In this document: one piece after another, positions 43,876 through 53,545 of the stretch
How the letters are laid out: each line of letters begins with the position of its first letter
Numbering within the stretch: the stretch's first letter is position 1
Assembly: GCA_963842525.1 (NCBI GenBank)
Contig: CAWJGT010000009.1
Coordinates: 1,472,001 to 1,536,000, forward strand
Source of the DNA: an uncultured Holophagales bacterium
Lineage (GTDB): Bacteria; Acidobacteriota; Thermoanaerobaculia; Multivoradales; UBA5704
DNA: 64,000 nt
Direction of reading: 5' to 3'
Notes under the pieces: generated by a model
What the model saw: only the letters and a program-made list of their open reading frames with translations
Database searches by the model: none
What the model was told of the DNA's origin: nothing
Position numbers and translations under genes: made by a program

Positions 43876-45200
43876 TGGGGCTCCCCCTGATAGAACTTCT
43901 TGGCGATGAGCTCGAGGTAGCTGATGCCGGTGGTGGGCGCTTCTCTGGCCGGCTCGCTGTTTCTTTCGAGTCGGCGCAGGGTGGCGTTGGTGGCGAGGTC
44001 GAGCCGGCGCAGAGGCAGCTCGGCGCTCTGGCCTTTGCGGCAAAAGTGGACGGGCCGGGCGGGGTCATAGGGATCGTAGAGGACGTCGACGGTCTCACCG
44101 GCATAGCCATCGGGAGCCTCATAGAGACGGCCGTCGAGGTGGACGGTGCGGTCGCGGCCGACCCGGCGGGTGACCTTCATGCGCAGCCAGGCCTCCAGGT
44201 GCTCGGGGGCCGGGCGGATCAGGGCCTGGTCCTTCAGAAAGCGGTCCAGAGGCGTTTGCCCGTCCAGGCCGCCGTGGGCAGTCTGGTGATACTCGCCCTC
44301 CAGCCAGGCCCAGAAGACGCGGTTGAGCTGGGCCAGATCGGCGAGGACCTCGCTGGTGAGGTGGGGGACAAAGGCGGTGCGGACGTGGCGGAAGAAGCGC
44401 TCGATCTTGCCGCGACCGCGCGGCTTGTGGGGCCGGGAGTGGACCAGGGAGATGTTCAGCGTGGCGCAGATGACCTGCAGGTGGTGGGTGCGGAAGGTGG
44501 CGCCGTTGTCGCAGTAGAGCCGTCGCGGCAGGCCGCGGCGCAGCAGAGCCTGCTTCAGAGCGTCCTGGAAGCAGGCGGCGTTTTCGGCCAGGTAGAAGGC
44601 GGCAAACGGCACCATGCGCGAGGCGTCATCGAGGAAGGCGTAGAGGTAGGTCTTGCCGCCGTCCTTGCGCCCCGGCACCAGCAGGCGGGGCCCGTGCATC
44701 AGGTCGGAGGTCCACAGGTCGTTGACATGCGGAAAGGTGAAAGCCAAAGCGTCCGGCTCGGCGCTGGACCCTTGGCGGGCCGGCACCGCCTGGGCGGCGA
44801 AGAAGCGGTGCACGCTGCTGCGCGACAGCCGCAGATTGGGCGCAAAGCGGCCGCACAGATGCACGGCGCGGATCAGGCTGTCGAGCGAAGCACCGGGCCG
44901 CTCGGCCCGCAGCGCCAGCAGCAGATCCTGCACCTCCTCCGGGATCGCCCGCGAGCGCCCGGCATCGGTACGCGGGCCCGGCTTGAGCCCCTCAAACCCA
45001 TGGATCTGGTACAGCTCGAGCCAATCTCGCACCGTCGAACGGCCGACGTGGCTGCGCGCGCTGCCCGGGATCGTCCACGTCTTTTCCGCGATCGCACACA
45101 ACAGCTTCTCTTTTTCGCGTGGCGCCAACGGCCGGCTGATCAGCTCGGCAATGACGCTGTGGCGAAACAACGCAATCTGCTCTCTTTGGCTCTCATCCAT
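43872..45200 (-). CDS. DDE (rve-type) transposase with Mu-like C-terminal domain
   Basis: IALFRH..I, LWTSD.MHG, FLDDASR, YCDNG and GKIERFF; C-terminal R.V..D.TV.L.G..YE. Confidence 0.92.
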   Translation of the reverse strand: MDESQREQIALFRHSVIAELISRPLAPREKEKLLCAIAEKTWTIPGSARSHVGRSTVRDWLELYQIHGFEGLKPGPRTDAGRSRAIPEEVQDLLLALRAERPGASLDSLIRAVHLCGRFAPNLRLSRSSVHRFFAAQAVPARQGSSAEPDALAFTFPHVNDLWTSDLMHGPRLLVPGRKDGGKTYLYAFLDDASRMVPFAAFYLAENAACFQDALKQALLRRGLPRRLYCDNGATFRTHHLQVICATLNISLVHSRPHKPRGRGKIERFFRHVRTAFVPHLTSEVLADLAQLNRVFWAWLEGEYHQTAHGGLDGQTPLDRFLKDQALIRPAPEHLEAWLRMKVTRRVGRDRTVHLDGRLYEAPDGYAGETVDVLYDPYDPARPVHFCRKGQSAELPLRRLDLATNATLRRLERNSEPAREAPTTGISYLELIAKKFYQGEPQ

Positions 45201-45291
45201 CGCACGAAGTCTCCGCAATCGGGCTCTGGGACCATCCCACAGCCCCCGCCAGTAGCTTCGTGGCAGAACCCTGCGATGGGTAGTTACCAAC

Positions 45292-45853
45292 CTATGGAGA
45301 GGCCTCCCCTGACCGCCAGGACGGCCGGCCGTGGCGGAACAGTCCGCTCACTCCGCCGAAAAAGCAGCCCCAGGACGACCACAGAAAGTGCCGCAGCCGC
45401 GTCAACCAACCCGCCGCCTGGCCCACCACCTCCTGCGCCCCCCGCCACCACGGAGCCGGCACTGGCCCCAGCAGCGCCTGCAGCTTGGCGGCAAAGGGCT
45501 CGTGCGCGCTGCGCAGCCAACCCCGCACCCGCCGCACCCCCGAACTGCCGCACTGCCCTGAAACCTCGGCGCCTTCGCTCGGACTCCCCGCAGCCAGACC
45601 CGCCTCCACGGCCGCCAAGGTCAAATCGCGATAGGCGCACGTCCTCCGGCAACACCGCATGGCTGACCCTGCAACGCGGGCACCGCACCCGCCGCAAGGC
45701 CTGAAGCACTCCTGCGAGGAAGCGCTTGTAGGAGCCGTGGCCCCGCAGACGGGTCCTCTGACAATCCGGATCCGGGCAGCTCAGCTCGGGAACCGCCCCG
45801 CCGTCCATCTGCTCTCGATACTGCTTGCAGCCCACGCCCTTCAGACTTAACAT
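45292..45853 (-). CDS. Zinc-ribbon/HTH accessory protein (DUF6431-like); frameshift near 45640
   Basis: CPDPDC...GHGSY.R...RVRCPRC..SHAVLP continues in another frame as CAYRDL...RRVRGWL. Confidence 0.7.
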
Positions 45854-46105
45854 GGCCTCCTCTCGGAAGCCCGTCGGGTCATCCCCGGTCCGCCAAAAGA
45901 CACAAGGAGAGCCCGGCGGGCTTCGCTTGCCTTGCCCGACCTCTCCACAGGCAAAATCGTCCCGCACTCCTGCGCCGACGAATCTACCTGACCACGCTGA
46001 AAACTGGGAAAAACTCAGGCGGCGGTCACGAAATAAGGCGGGCGTCTACAGCGCGGACAAGTGCTTCGAGGTCAGGGTCGAGCGTCATGCTGCCTCCAAT
46101 GGATA

Positions 46106-47483
46106 GAGGTCCCGTCAAGAGGTGTGTAAAAGATCAGGCGGCTTTCTCCTCCTCGAACCGGTTTTGGACTCGTACTCCATCGACGAACTGAGCTTCCCAG
46201 AAAGACCTCTTTGAGCTGCTCGGGAGCGTTGAGCCGACGGAATGTCTTCTCCGCGACCAAGAGCAATTTCCAGAGGACCGCGGTGGCGTTGGCCACCTTC
46301 TTATAGCGGCGTGCGGCGTCGGTGCGTAGCCGCAAGGCCGCAAACGGCGACTCGATCGGATTGGTGGTGCGCAGGTGCCGCCAATGAGCCTCCGGAAAGC
46401 GATAAAATGTGATTAGTCGCTCCCAGTCTCGATCCAAACACTCGGCGGCGGCCTCCTGGGACTGCTGACGGCACCAGCGCTGAAACTCCCGTTTGGCCGC
46501 CTCGGCTTGCTCTTGCCCGGGCGCATAGACGATCCGGCTCAGCAGCGGTTTGGCTGCGCTCTGAAGCCGTTTCGGCAGCTTGTCGAGAATGTTCAGCATC
46601 TTGTGGTTCCAGCAGCGCTGCTGCTCGGCCTCGGGGTAGACGTTGCCAAGCGCCCCCCAGATGCCCAGGTGGCCGTCACCGGCGACCAGCCGCGGGCACC
46701 TCAGGCCGCGACTTTTCAGGTCCCGCAGCACCGCAGACCAGCTCTGGCTGGATTCCCGGTGGCCGGGCGCCACCGTCAAGATCACCTTTTTGCCGTCCGA
46801 CAGCGCCCCCAGCACCACCAACACCGCGGCCCGGTCCTTTTCCAGGCCCGCCTTGACATAGATCCCGTCCACCCACAGGTAGACCACCTCCAGATCGGCC
46901 AGCGACCGCTGGCTCCACTGCACCATCTCGGCTTGCCACTTTTCCTTCAGCCGCGCCACTGTGCTGGCCGACAACGGGGCCTCTTGCCCGAGCAGGCCCC
47001 TGAGGGCCAAGTCGAAGTCCCCTTCCGCCAAACCATGCAGGTAAAGCTCCGGCAGGAGCTCGCCGACCTGCCGGCTGCGACGAGAAAACATCGGCAGCAG
47101 ACGGCTTTCAAACGGCTCCTCCGTGTTGCGCACGCGCGGTCGCCGTAGCCGGATCGTGCCGTTGCTCAGCGTCAGACGGCGAGGCTTGCCGTAGCCGTTG
47201 CGGTAGCCCGAAGGGGCGTCCACGGCAGCGCGCCGCTGTGATCTCAGGCGACCCAAGAACTCCGTAACCTCTTCTTCGAGAAGAGCTTGCAGGGTCTCTT
47301 GCATCTTTCCTCGTAGCCACTCCTCGAGATTCTCAAAGCATGGGCTTGACACGGTCGTAGCTTCGGTGGTCCTCTCTGTCATGGGCGGTGCCCTCCCTTT
47401 CCCCGGGCCCTCACCCGGGATTTTGGTTGACGATAGGGAGTCTACACCGCCTTCTCTGTTTCCACACCTTCTGAGGGTACCTC
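46106..47483 (-). mobile_element. IS256-family insertion sequence
   Basis: Inverted repeats GAGGTCCCGTCAAGAGGTGTGTAA and GAGGTACCCTCAGAAGGTGTGGAA; no clean target duplication. Confidence 0.88.
46134..47382 (-). CDS. IS256 (Mutator) transposase; frameshift near 46195
   Basis: YRNGY, YLWVDG.Y, L..RGL, GDG..G, QRCWNHK and RTTNPIES; the likely C-terminus FVDGV...EKAA lies in another frame. Confidence 0.88.
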
Positions 47484-47772
47484 CCAATGCGCGCTGAATC
47501 GCCTTAGGTGGCGGCACGGGAACGCCGCCGGCAACGATCCGAACCGCTACCCCGGTCCGGACCGAACCCCAGGAGATTGTGCCCGGCCGGGGGTGGTGGA
47601 ATGGAGCAGCACATCTTTGACTCGCCACTTGGGAACCATACGCGAGGTGTAGCGATCCTGCGGCCCTACCCCCTTCGGAGCAGGTCTCTCGCGAATGGTG
47701 GATGGCTCAGGAGCGGAACGAAACCCAAGCACGGACCTGCCAACCGGCCGCGCGTAGTATCTCCTCGCTTGG

Positions 47773-47793
47773 ATGGTATCTATATGGTATCTA
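47773..47793. repeat. Perfect 10-bp direct repeat, integrase arm-site-like
   Basis: ATGGTATCTA-T-ATGGTATCTA, 60 nt from the tRNA fragment. Confidence 0.55.
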
Positions 47794-47853
47794 CAGAGGC
47801 GCCTTGGCGCCCTGGTTGCCACCTGCAAGCTATTGAAAGTAGTTGAATTACGC

Positions 47854-47898
47854 TGGAGCCGACGATCGGGATTGAACCGATGACCTGCTGATTACGAA
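47854..47898 (-). other. 3' half of tRNA-Thr(CGT), attachment-site remnant
   Basis: TTCGTAATCAGCAGGTCATCGGTTCAATCCCGATCGTCGGCTCCA covers the anticodon loop through CCA; no D-arm or 5' acceptor strand upstream. Confidence 0.85.
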
Positions 47899-47899
47899 G

Positions 47900-48230
47900 C
47901 AGCGCATAGCCGAGCCGCTGTCCGATCCGCCAGCAGGGCATGGCTTTGAGGCGGCCCTCTGTGAGCTGCTGGTCCGCAGGAGCTGCGAGAGCGCGGCCGA
48001 GCAGGCCTCGGAAGCCATCGACCTGGCCGACCTCGCGGTCCACTTGGCCGACAGGATCTCGGAACAAGACCTCTTCGAGGCGCACTTGGTCTACCAGCTC
48101 CGAGTCTCACCTGGGCAAAGTCTCGGCAACGCCACCAAAGTCCAGAGAGATCTCCCCGGCGCCGAGCGGTGCATCGGCATGGCGGATACCTGGTGGGCGG
48201 GAGGAAGGCGAGGGCTGGAGGGATGGTACG
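47900..48230 (+). pseudogene. Relic of helical/TPR-like protein
   Basis: ALCELL..RS.......EAIDLADLAVHLADRI...LGNA.KV..DLPGAERC...A..WW; no proper start or end. Confidence 0.5.
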
Positions 48231-48589
48231 GGAATAGCGAGCTGCGGCAATCCTGGCCAGGACCGTGGGGTGGTCCAAGGGGGCACGGCCCGGGCTCAGG
48301 TCTCCCGGGCCAGCGGTAGGGCGCCCTGTTACCGTGTACCAGTTCTGTACCAGTGCCGGCCAATACTCACCTGATCTCGGGAGATCATGGGCGATTGGGC
48401 GACCAACCGAAAGCGTTGCGTTTGTTGAGTTTACCGTCTGGCGACGTCTGGGGAGTGTTGGCGGGAAGCCGACTTGTTCTCTCATTCGGGCATCCCGTGC
48501 GCGCATAGAGAGAATCCTCGGAGTTTTAAGGTCCCACCCGCTGGACGCACTAGACTAAGACTAGGTCCTGACCGATGAGGTGCATGAGG

Positions 48590-48800
48590 AGGTTGGCGCC
48601 CGCGCCAGAAGCGTCGGACCGTCTCGATCTGCTCCAGCATGATCTCGTGCCGGTGGGTATAGCGGTCCGGGAAGAAGAGGAATGTCGTCGACGTTCCAGC
48701 CCGAGCCGAAGGAGACCGCGACGCGGGCTCCCAGAGAGGTTGTCGACTTCGACCTGGATTGGGCGGGCGTCGATACCCCAGGGTGTGGTGGAGATGGCTC
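48590..48800 (-). pseudogene. Degenerate fragment of an LLM monooxygenase paralog
   Basis: RVAVSFGSGWNVDD and FLFFPDRYTHRHEIMLEQIETVRRFWRG lie in two frames and match the protein at 52427..53545. Confidence 0.8.
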
Positions 48801-49365
48801 TCCCCGGAGCACCAGGAGGAAGCCGGGCCGGCCCTCAAGAGCGGCGGCCAGCCGCTCCTCCAGCGGCGGAAGAGCGCCGCGGGCGAGGCTGGGGCGACGC
48901 AGGCCAGGGAGGGGACGCGGAAGCGTCTGCTTCTGGGTGTAGTTCCGCCTACATTAGCCAGTGGAAGAAGCGCTATGGAGAGTCAGAACTGGCCGGCTTC
49001 AGGGCCGTCAAATGCACCAGTTCGCTACCTCTGCAAACTAGAGAAACATTCGAAATTGTGACATTCTAGGGGAAACGCGCCCGTGGCCGGCGGTCGGGAG
49101 TCCTCCGCGAACGAATGGCTACGGGCCCTCCTTCAAGACCATAAGGTTGAGGTGCGGCGCTATAAGCACACCCTTACTCAACGACATCCAGGCCTGTAGC
49201 GAGATCCCGCGGGCCAGGGGGCGTCACTGGTTTGGCCTCCTTGATGCCGGGATTGGCTGCCCGACGCCTGCTCCCGCTTCGCCTCTCAGGTACCAGTGAG
49301 AATGAGAAAAGGTGCAACTTGCCTGCAGGTCTAGTTCCGAGCGATGCTTTCCAGGAGGGCCTTCC

Positions 49366-50673
49366 GTGGTTGAACATCGACAGTTCCGCTTGAAAGCATT
49401 TGAGGTGATTGGATCCGAGTCCATTGCCAGCGTGATCGAGCGCATGGTGGGCCACGAGGCCTTGCGCTGGTACATCTCCCGGATTACTGATCAGGAGATC
49501 ATAGTCGAGGCTACACTCGCGGAAGGGGAGATGTTCGCGCCCGAGACGGTGGCCGATCGTGCGTGGTATCCTGGCAGGGCGGTGGTGGTGAACCTTGTCC
49601 CCACCGGCATCGGTTGCGACTTGGGTGGATACGCGGGCGATGCGGCTCCGGCTACCAATCTGATGGCCGCCACGGCGGACTACCTTGTCACCAATCCGAA
49701 CGCCGTCAACGCCTCCAACTTCATCAGTATGACCGACAACGTGCTCTACACCGAAGGCCTCTGCATCGACCTGCTAATGAAGGGAGCCGTGGACCTTCAG
49801 GTACCCTATGCGAACAAGGTCGGCCTGATTATAGAGAAGACCAGTCCTGAGGACCTGGACCTAGTGTTCAACGTGATCAATACAGTCCGAGCTGTGTTCG
49901 GCATCGACGTGGTGGAGTACGTCGTCACTGACCAGTCTATCGGCAGCCACTGCCTCGAGAACGGCTCCGGAGCGTTTGTAGGTACGGTGGACCGGCCAGA
50001 TGTGCTCTTCGATGCCTGTGAGCAACTGATCCGCAAGGGCGTCAACGCGATCTCCGTGACCACCAACATCCAGGACCTCCCGTCGGAAGAGTACGTCAAG
50101 CACTTCGAAGGCGATTATCCGAACCCGCTGGGCGGAGTCGAGGCGATCATCTCGCACCTGATCGTCAACCGGTTCCAGGTGCCAGCGGCCCATGCGCCGA
50201 TGCTGAACAAGAAGGATCTTGAGCTGAACGACCCGATCGTTGACGCGCGCGGGGCCGGCGAGATGGCGTCTGCCAGCGGCCTCGCCTGCACCTTGATTGG
50301 CCTGCGGCGGGCGCCGCACATCAGCCGGCATCGCTGCTTCAACCCGGCGGACCTGGTGAATGTCCACAACGTGCTGGCAGTGGTCTGCCCGGCGAGTTCG
50401 TTGGGAGGCATCCCGGCGAGCTATGCCCATAAGCACGGCATTCCAATCCTGGCGGTGAAGGAGAATGGCACAGTGATGAAAGTGCCGGGTAGCAGGCTCG
50501 GTTTCGAAAACGTGATCGAAGTCGGCAACTATCTCGAGGCCACGGGTGTGCTGCTCGCGCTGCGTAAGGGGATCAGCCTCTCCTCGGTGCGGCGCCCGCT
50601 CCCGACGCTCCGGCATGGGATGGGCTCCACCGCGGAGAAGGCGAAGCCGCGAGCCCGATTCGAGGTGGTCTGA
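49366..50673 (+). CDS. DUF3326-family protein
   Basis: AGGAGG RBS before a GTG; VPTGIGC.LGGYAGDA, T.PN.VNA, YTEG...D, GGVEAIISH, PAAHAP and NYLEA.G. Confidence 0.8.
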   Translation: MVEHRQFRLKAFEVIGSESIASVIERMVGHEALRWYISRITDQEIIVEATLAEGEMFAPETVADRAWYPGRAVVVNLVPTGIGCDLGGYAGDAAPATNLMAATADYLVTNPNAVNASNFISMTDNVLYTEGLCIDLLMKGAVDLQVPYANKVGLIIEKTSPEDLDLVFNVINTVRAVFGIDVVEYVVTDQSIGSHCLENGSGAFVGTVDRPDVLFDACEQLIRKGVNAISVTTNIQDLPSEEYVKHFEGDYPNPLGGVEAIISHLIVNRFQVPAAHAPMLNKKDLELNDPIVDARGAGEMASASGLACTLIGLRRAPHISRHRCFNPADLVNVHNVLAVVCPASSLGGIPASYAHKHGIPILAVKENGTVMKVPGSRLGFENVIEVGNYLEATGVLLALRKGISLSSVRRPLPTLRHGMGSTAEKAKPRARFEVV

Positions 50674-50689
50674 AGCAAGTGCAGCGGAG

Positions 50690-50934
50690 GCGCACGAGCA
50701 CCTCTGTCGCTGAACACGACATCCGCGGGCAAGGCGATGAGATCGCGGAAGATCTGGCGCCTGAGGGTCCGCATAGCCCGCATCCGATTAGCCAGCAGGT
50801 GATACAAGCCGCTGGCGATCACCAAGAGGGTGTCTGAAAAAGTCGGAGCGCCATCCAGGGATTTGTTCCAAACTCCCGGTTTCCAAGGCGACAGAACGAC
50901 CTCGGCCTCCACGACCGACTTTTCCCGAGCGCTC
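50690..50934. mobile_element. Transposase C-terminal relic (minus strand) plus short MITE-like segment 50826-50934
   Basis: LLVIASGLYHLLANRMR...RQIFRDLI.LPADV; imperfect inverted ends GAGGGTGTCTGAAAAAGTCGG / CCGACTTTTCCCGAGCGCTC. Confidence 0.35.
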
Positions 50935-52324
50935 AGACCTCGACGACGATTCCCTCAGTGGCGTAGAGGCTGAGGTTCACCGCCCCGCCGCTGGCCTTCG
51001 GCTGCATACGCAGGACCACCCCGGCGTACGACCCGGCGAAGACGAAGGGACCCCAGATGACATCGTGGACCTCGCACCCCTGGTCGCCGCTCTGGTAGAG
51101 GTAGGGGAGCGATTCGAGCTGCTCCTGGACAACCCAGGCGCCATCCTGCGCCAGCGCCTTGTCGACTGTCGCCCGCCACTCCTCGGCCGTGGCGAAGCGG
51201 CCGAGCACGACCCCCTTGCCACCTCTGGACGATGCCTCCTTGAGCACCAGGCGCTCCTGGCGCGCGATCAGCAGATCCTCCAGGGAGGAGGACCGCTCCC
51301 CTTCGAAGTCGACCGGACCGGGGACCACCAGGCGGGTCCAGGGCACGTGCCGGGCGATGAAGGCCCGCTCCTCGGCGTCGAAGATCTCCGCGGACTCGGC
51401 GTGCTGGGAGAGCAGCGCGACGTTGCGCTTGGTCGACAGCACCGACTCCAGGGGGCCATTGAGAATAGAGAGCTGGCCGGCCTTGAAAGCACGGTAGACC
51501 GGCTCCGGCGCGAGCTGCGACGCGAATTCGAGGACCGCCTGCACCCGACGTCCCTCATGAAACACGCCCTCCGGCGTGCCGGTCAGGTCCGCGTACCGGC
51601 AGACCACGGCGCGCCCCCGCAGGTCGCCGCGACCCGCGGCGGCGAACGCGCGCGCGATCTCGCCGTTGAGGAAGACAACCTCCGGATCCGTCGGGCCGAG
51701 CGGCTGGTTGCGGGTGGTAAAGGCGAGCGTCAGCTCGCCGCTGTCGAGGAGCCCCTTGCGCTCGAGGTCGGCGAGCAGGTGCAGGAAGAACTGGAGCACC
51801 GTGTCCGTGTAGCGCACCTCGATGCCCAGCTCGCGCAGGGCAGCGGAGGTTGCCGGTACCGACAGGTGCATGCCCACCAGCAGCGACGTCTCCCAGCCGC
51901 CGAGGTTGGGGGTGAAGTTGAACTCGATGCACTTGAAGCCGTCCGCGGTCTCGATCAGGTCGCCGCGGGAGACGGCGGTCTCGATGCCGCTCGGCGGGCT
52001 GAAGAGCAGCTCGGCGATCCGCGGCGGGCCCAGGCGGTAGAACTCGGCCAGGCGCGCCGGGTCGCCGCCGAAGATGCGCTGCGGCACGCTGGCCAGCAGG
52101 TTGAAGACGCCCAGGCTCACGCGCTGCAGCTCCGCGAGCTTCTCGGCCCCGAGGAAGGTCGGCCAGGGCTGCAGCCGGTACATCAGCAGGTCCTTGTTCT
52201 GCTCCAGCGCCTGGAAGGACGAGCGGGAGAGCAGCTCGGGGGAGCCGAGCGCCATCTCACGGAAGCGGAGATCCTGCTCGGACAGGGCCTGGTGCGTCGC
52301 ACGCCAGTCTGCGCTCTGGGTCAT
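50933..52324 (-). CDS. ATP-grasp-like (circularly permuted/glutathionylspermidine synthase type) ligase
   Basis: CAGGAG RBS; RGDL......KCIEFN, K..VALLS, VPWTR, LVLK....GGKGVVLG, WVVQE and GPFVF. Confidence 0.75.
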   Translation of the reverse strand: MTQSADWRATHQALSEQDLRFREMALGSPELLSRSSFQALEQNKDLLMYRLQPWPTFLGAEKLAELQRVSLGVFNLLASVPQRIFGGDPARLAEFYRLGPPRIAELLFSPPSGIETAVSRGDLIETADGFKCIEFNFTPNLGGWETSLLVGMHLSVPATSAALRELGIEVRYTDTVLQFFLHLLADLERKGLLDSGELTLAFTTRNQPLGPTDPEVVFLNGEIARAFAAAGRGDLRGRAVVCRYADLTGTPEGVFHEGRRVQAVLEFASQLAPEPVYRAFKAGQLSILNGPLESVLSTKRNVALLSQHAESAEIFDAEERAFIARHVPWTRLVVPGPVDFEGERSSSLEDLLIARQERLVLKEASSRGGKGVVLGRFATAEEWRATVDKALAQDGAWVVQEQLESLPYLYQSGDQGCEVHDVIWGPFVFAGSYAGVVLRMQPKASGGAVNLSLYATEGIVVEV

Positions 52325-52426
52325 GGAGATCTCCTGATACCGCACCAGCTTATAGCCGATCCGCCATGGCTGGAAGGGCCCCGGTGCGCGACCTGGGTTA
52401 GACTCGGGTCTTTCAACGGAGCCTCC

Positions 52427-53545
52427 ATGGATTTCGGCTTGATGTTCTTCTCCAGCTCCGGCGCGGCTGCGGCGAACGGCCGCTACAGCCTGCTCCTCGA
52501 GGCGGCCCGCTACGCGGATGAGCACGGTTTCCGCGCCGTCTGGACGCCGGAGCGGCACTTCCACGAGTTCGGCGGCCTGTTCCCCAGCCCGGCGGTGGTC
52601 AGCGCCGCCCTCGCCATGATCACCCGCCAGCTCGAGATCCGGGCCGGCAGCCTGATCTCGCCCCTGCACCAGGCGATCCGCATCGCCGAGGAGTGGTCGA
52701 TCGTCGACAACCTCTCCGGCGGCCGGGTGGCGGTCTCCTTCGGCTCCGGCTGGAACGTCGACGACTTCCTGTTCTTCCCGGAACGCTATGCCTCGCGCCA
52801 CGCGGTCATGTACGGGCAGATCGACACCGTGCGGCGCCTGTGGCGCGGGGAAGAGCTGGAGCTGGCCAACAGCTTGGGCAAGCCGGTCCGGGTCGCGCTC
52901 TACCCGAAGCCGGTGCAGCCGGAGCTGCCGGTCTGGATCACCTCCTCGGGCAACGTCGAGACCTTCGTCAGAGCCGGTGTCCACGGCGCCAACGTGTTGA
53001 CCCACCTGATCGGGCAGACCGCCGACCAGCTCGCCGGCAAGATCGAGCGCTATCGCGCCGCGCTGGCCGAGCACCAGGGGCCGCAGGCCCGGGGCAAGGT
53101 CACGTTGATGCTCCACACCTGCCTGGGCGCCGACCGCGAGGAGGTCAAGGCGCGAGTGCGGACGCCGTTGCGCGAATACCTGCGCTCCGCGGTCAGCCTG
53201 GAGCAGCTCGCGGCCCTGGGCGGCGGGACGATCAGCGGCGGGCACCAGATCCAGGCGCAGGAGATCCCGCCGGCGGTCCTCGAGGAGCTGCTCGACGTCA
53301 CCTTCGAGCGCTACGTCGAGACCGCCTCCCTGATCGGCACGCCGGCCAGCTGCGAGCCTCTCCTCTGGCGCTGCGAGGAGATCGGCGTTGACGAGATCGC
53401 CTGCCTGGTGGACTTCCTCGACGACCCGGCCGCGGTGATGGCGGGCCTGCCGTACCTCGCGGAGCTGCGCGAGACCTTCGCCGACCCGGCAGGGCCCGGA
53501 GGCCTCGATCCCGTCCGTGCGCTGCTCGAGGGCTTCGAAGGATGA
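52427..53545 (+). CDS. LLM-class flavin-dependent monooxygenase (natural-product MupA-like)
   Basis: MDFGLMFFSS, AVWTPERHFH.FGGLFP.P, AEEWS.VDNLS.GRV..SF.SGW, MLHT and GVDEIACL.DF. Confidence 0.9.
   Translation: MDFGLMFFSSSGAAAANGRYSLLLEAARYADEHGFRAVWTPERHFHEFGGLFPSPAVVSAALAMITRQLEIRAGSLISPLHQAIRIAEEWSIVDNLSGGRVAVSFGSGWNVDDFLFFPERYASRHAVMYGQIDTVRRLWRGEELELANSLGKPVRVALYPKPVQPELPVWITSSGNVETFVRAGVHGANVLTHLIGQTADQLAGKIERYRAALAEHQGPQARGKVTLMLHTCLGADREEVKARVRTPLREYLRSAVSLEQLAALGGGTISGGHQIQAQEIPPAVLEELLDVTFERYVETASLIGTPASCEPLLWRCEEIGVDEIACLVDFLDDPAAVMAGLPYLAELRETFADPAGPGGLDPVRALLEGFEG

Larger units (their letters stand above)
42678..46050 (-). mobile_element. Complete 3373-bp four-gene DDE transposon (TG...CA ends)
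   Basis: Terminal inverted repeats TGTCGAGTCCCGCGTAATTCCGTGGCCACC and TGTAGACGCCCGCCTTATTTCGTGACCGCC (22/30 identical); 6-bp duplication GCGCGG at 42672-42677 and 46051-46056. Confidence 0.9.
37334..48530. mobile_element. Decayed integrative element/genomic island at tRNA-Leu (right boundary approximate)
   Basis: Integrase next to the tRNA; a 25-nt arm-type motif at 37408-37432 recurs at 48333-48357 (23/25 identical); lower GC; IS-rich cargo. Confidence 0.6.

Noticed and set aside
46096-47491. Target duplication for IS256
   Set aside because: CCAATG occurs on both sides but is offset from the left end; not a clean duplication.
47854-47930. Complete tRNA-Thr gene
   Set aside because: The 5' acceptor strand and D-arm are absent.
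48521-48535. attR core for the tRNA-Leu island (GAGTTTTAAGGTCCC)
   Set aside because: It resembles the anticodon loop only in inverted orientation and over too few bases.
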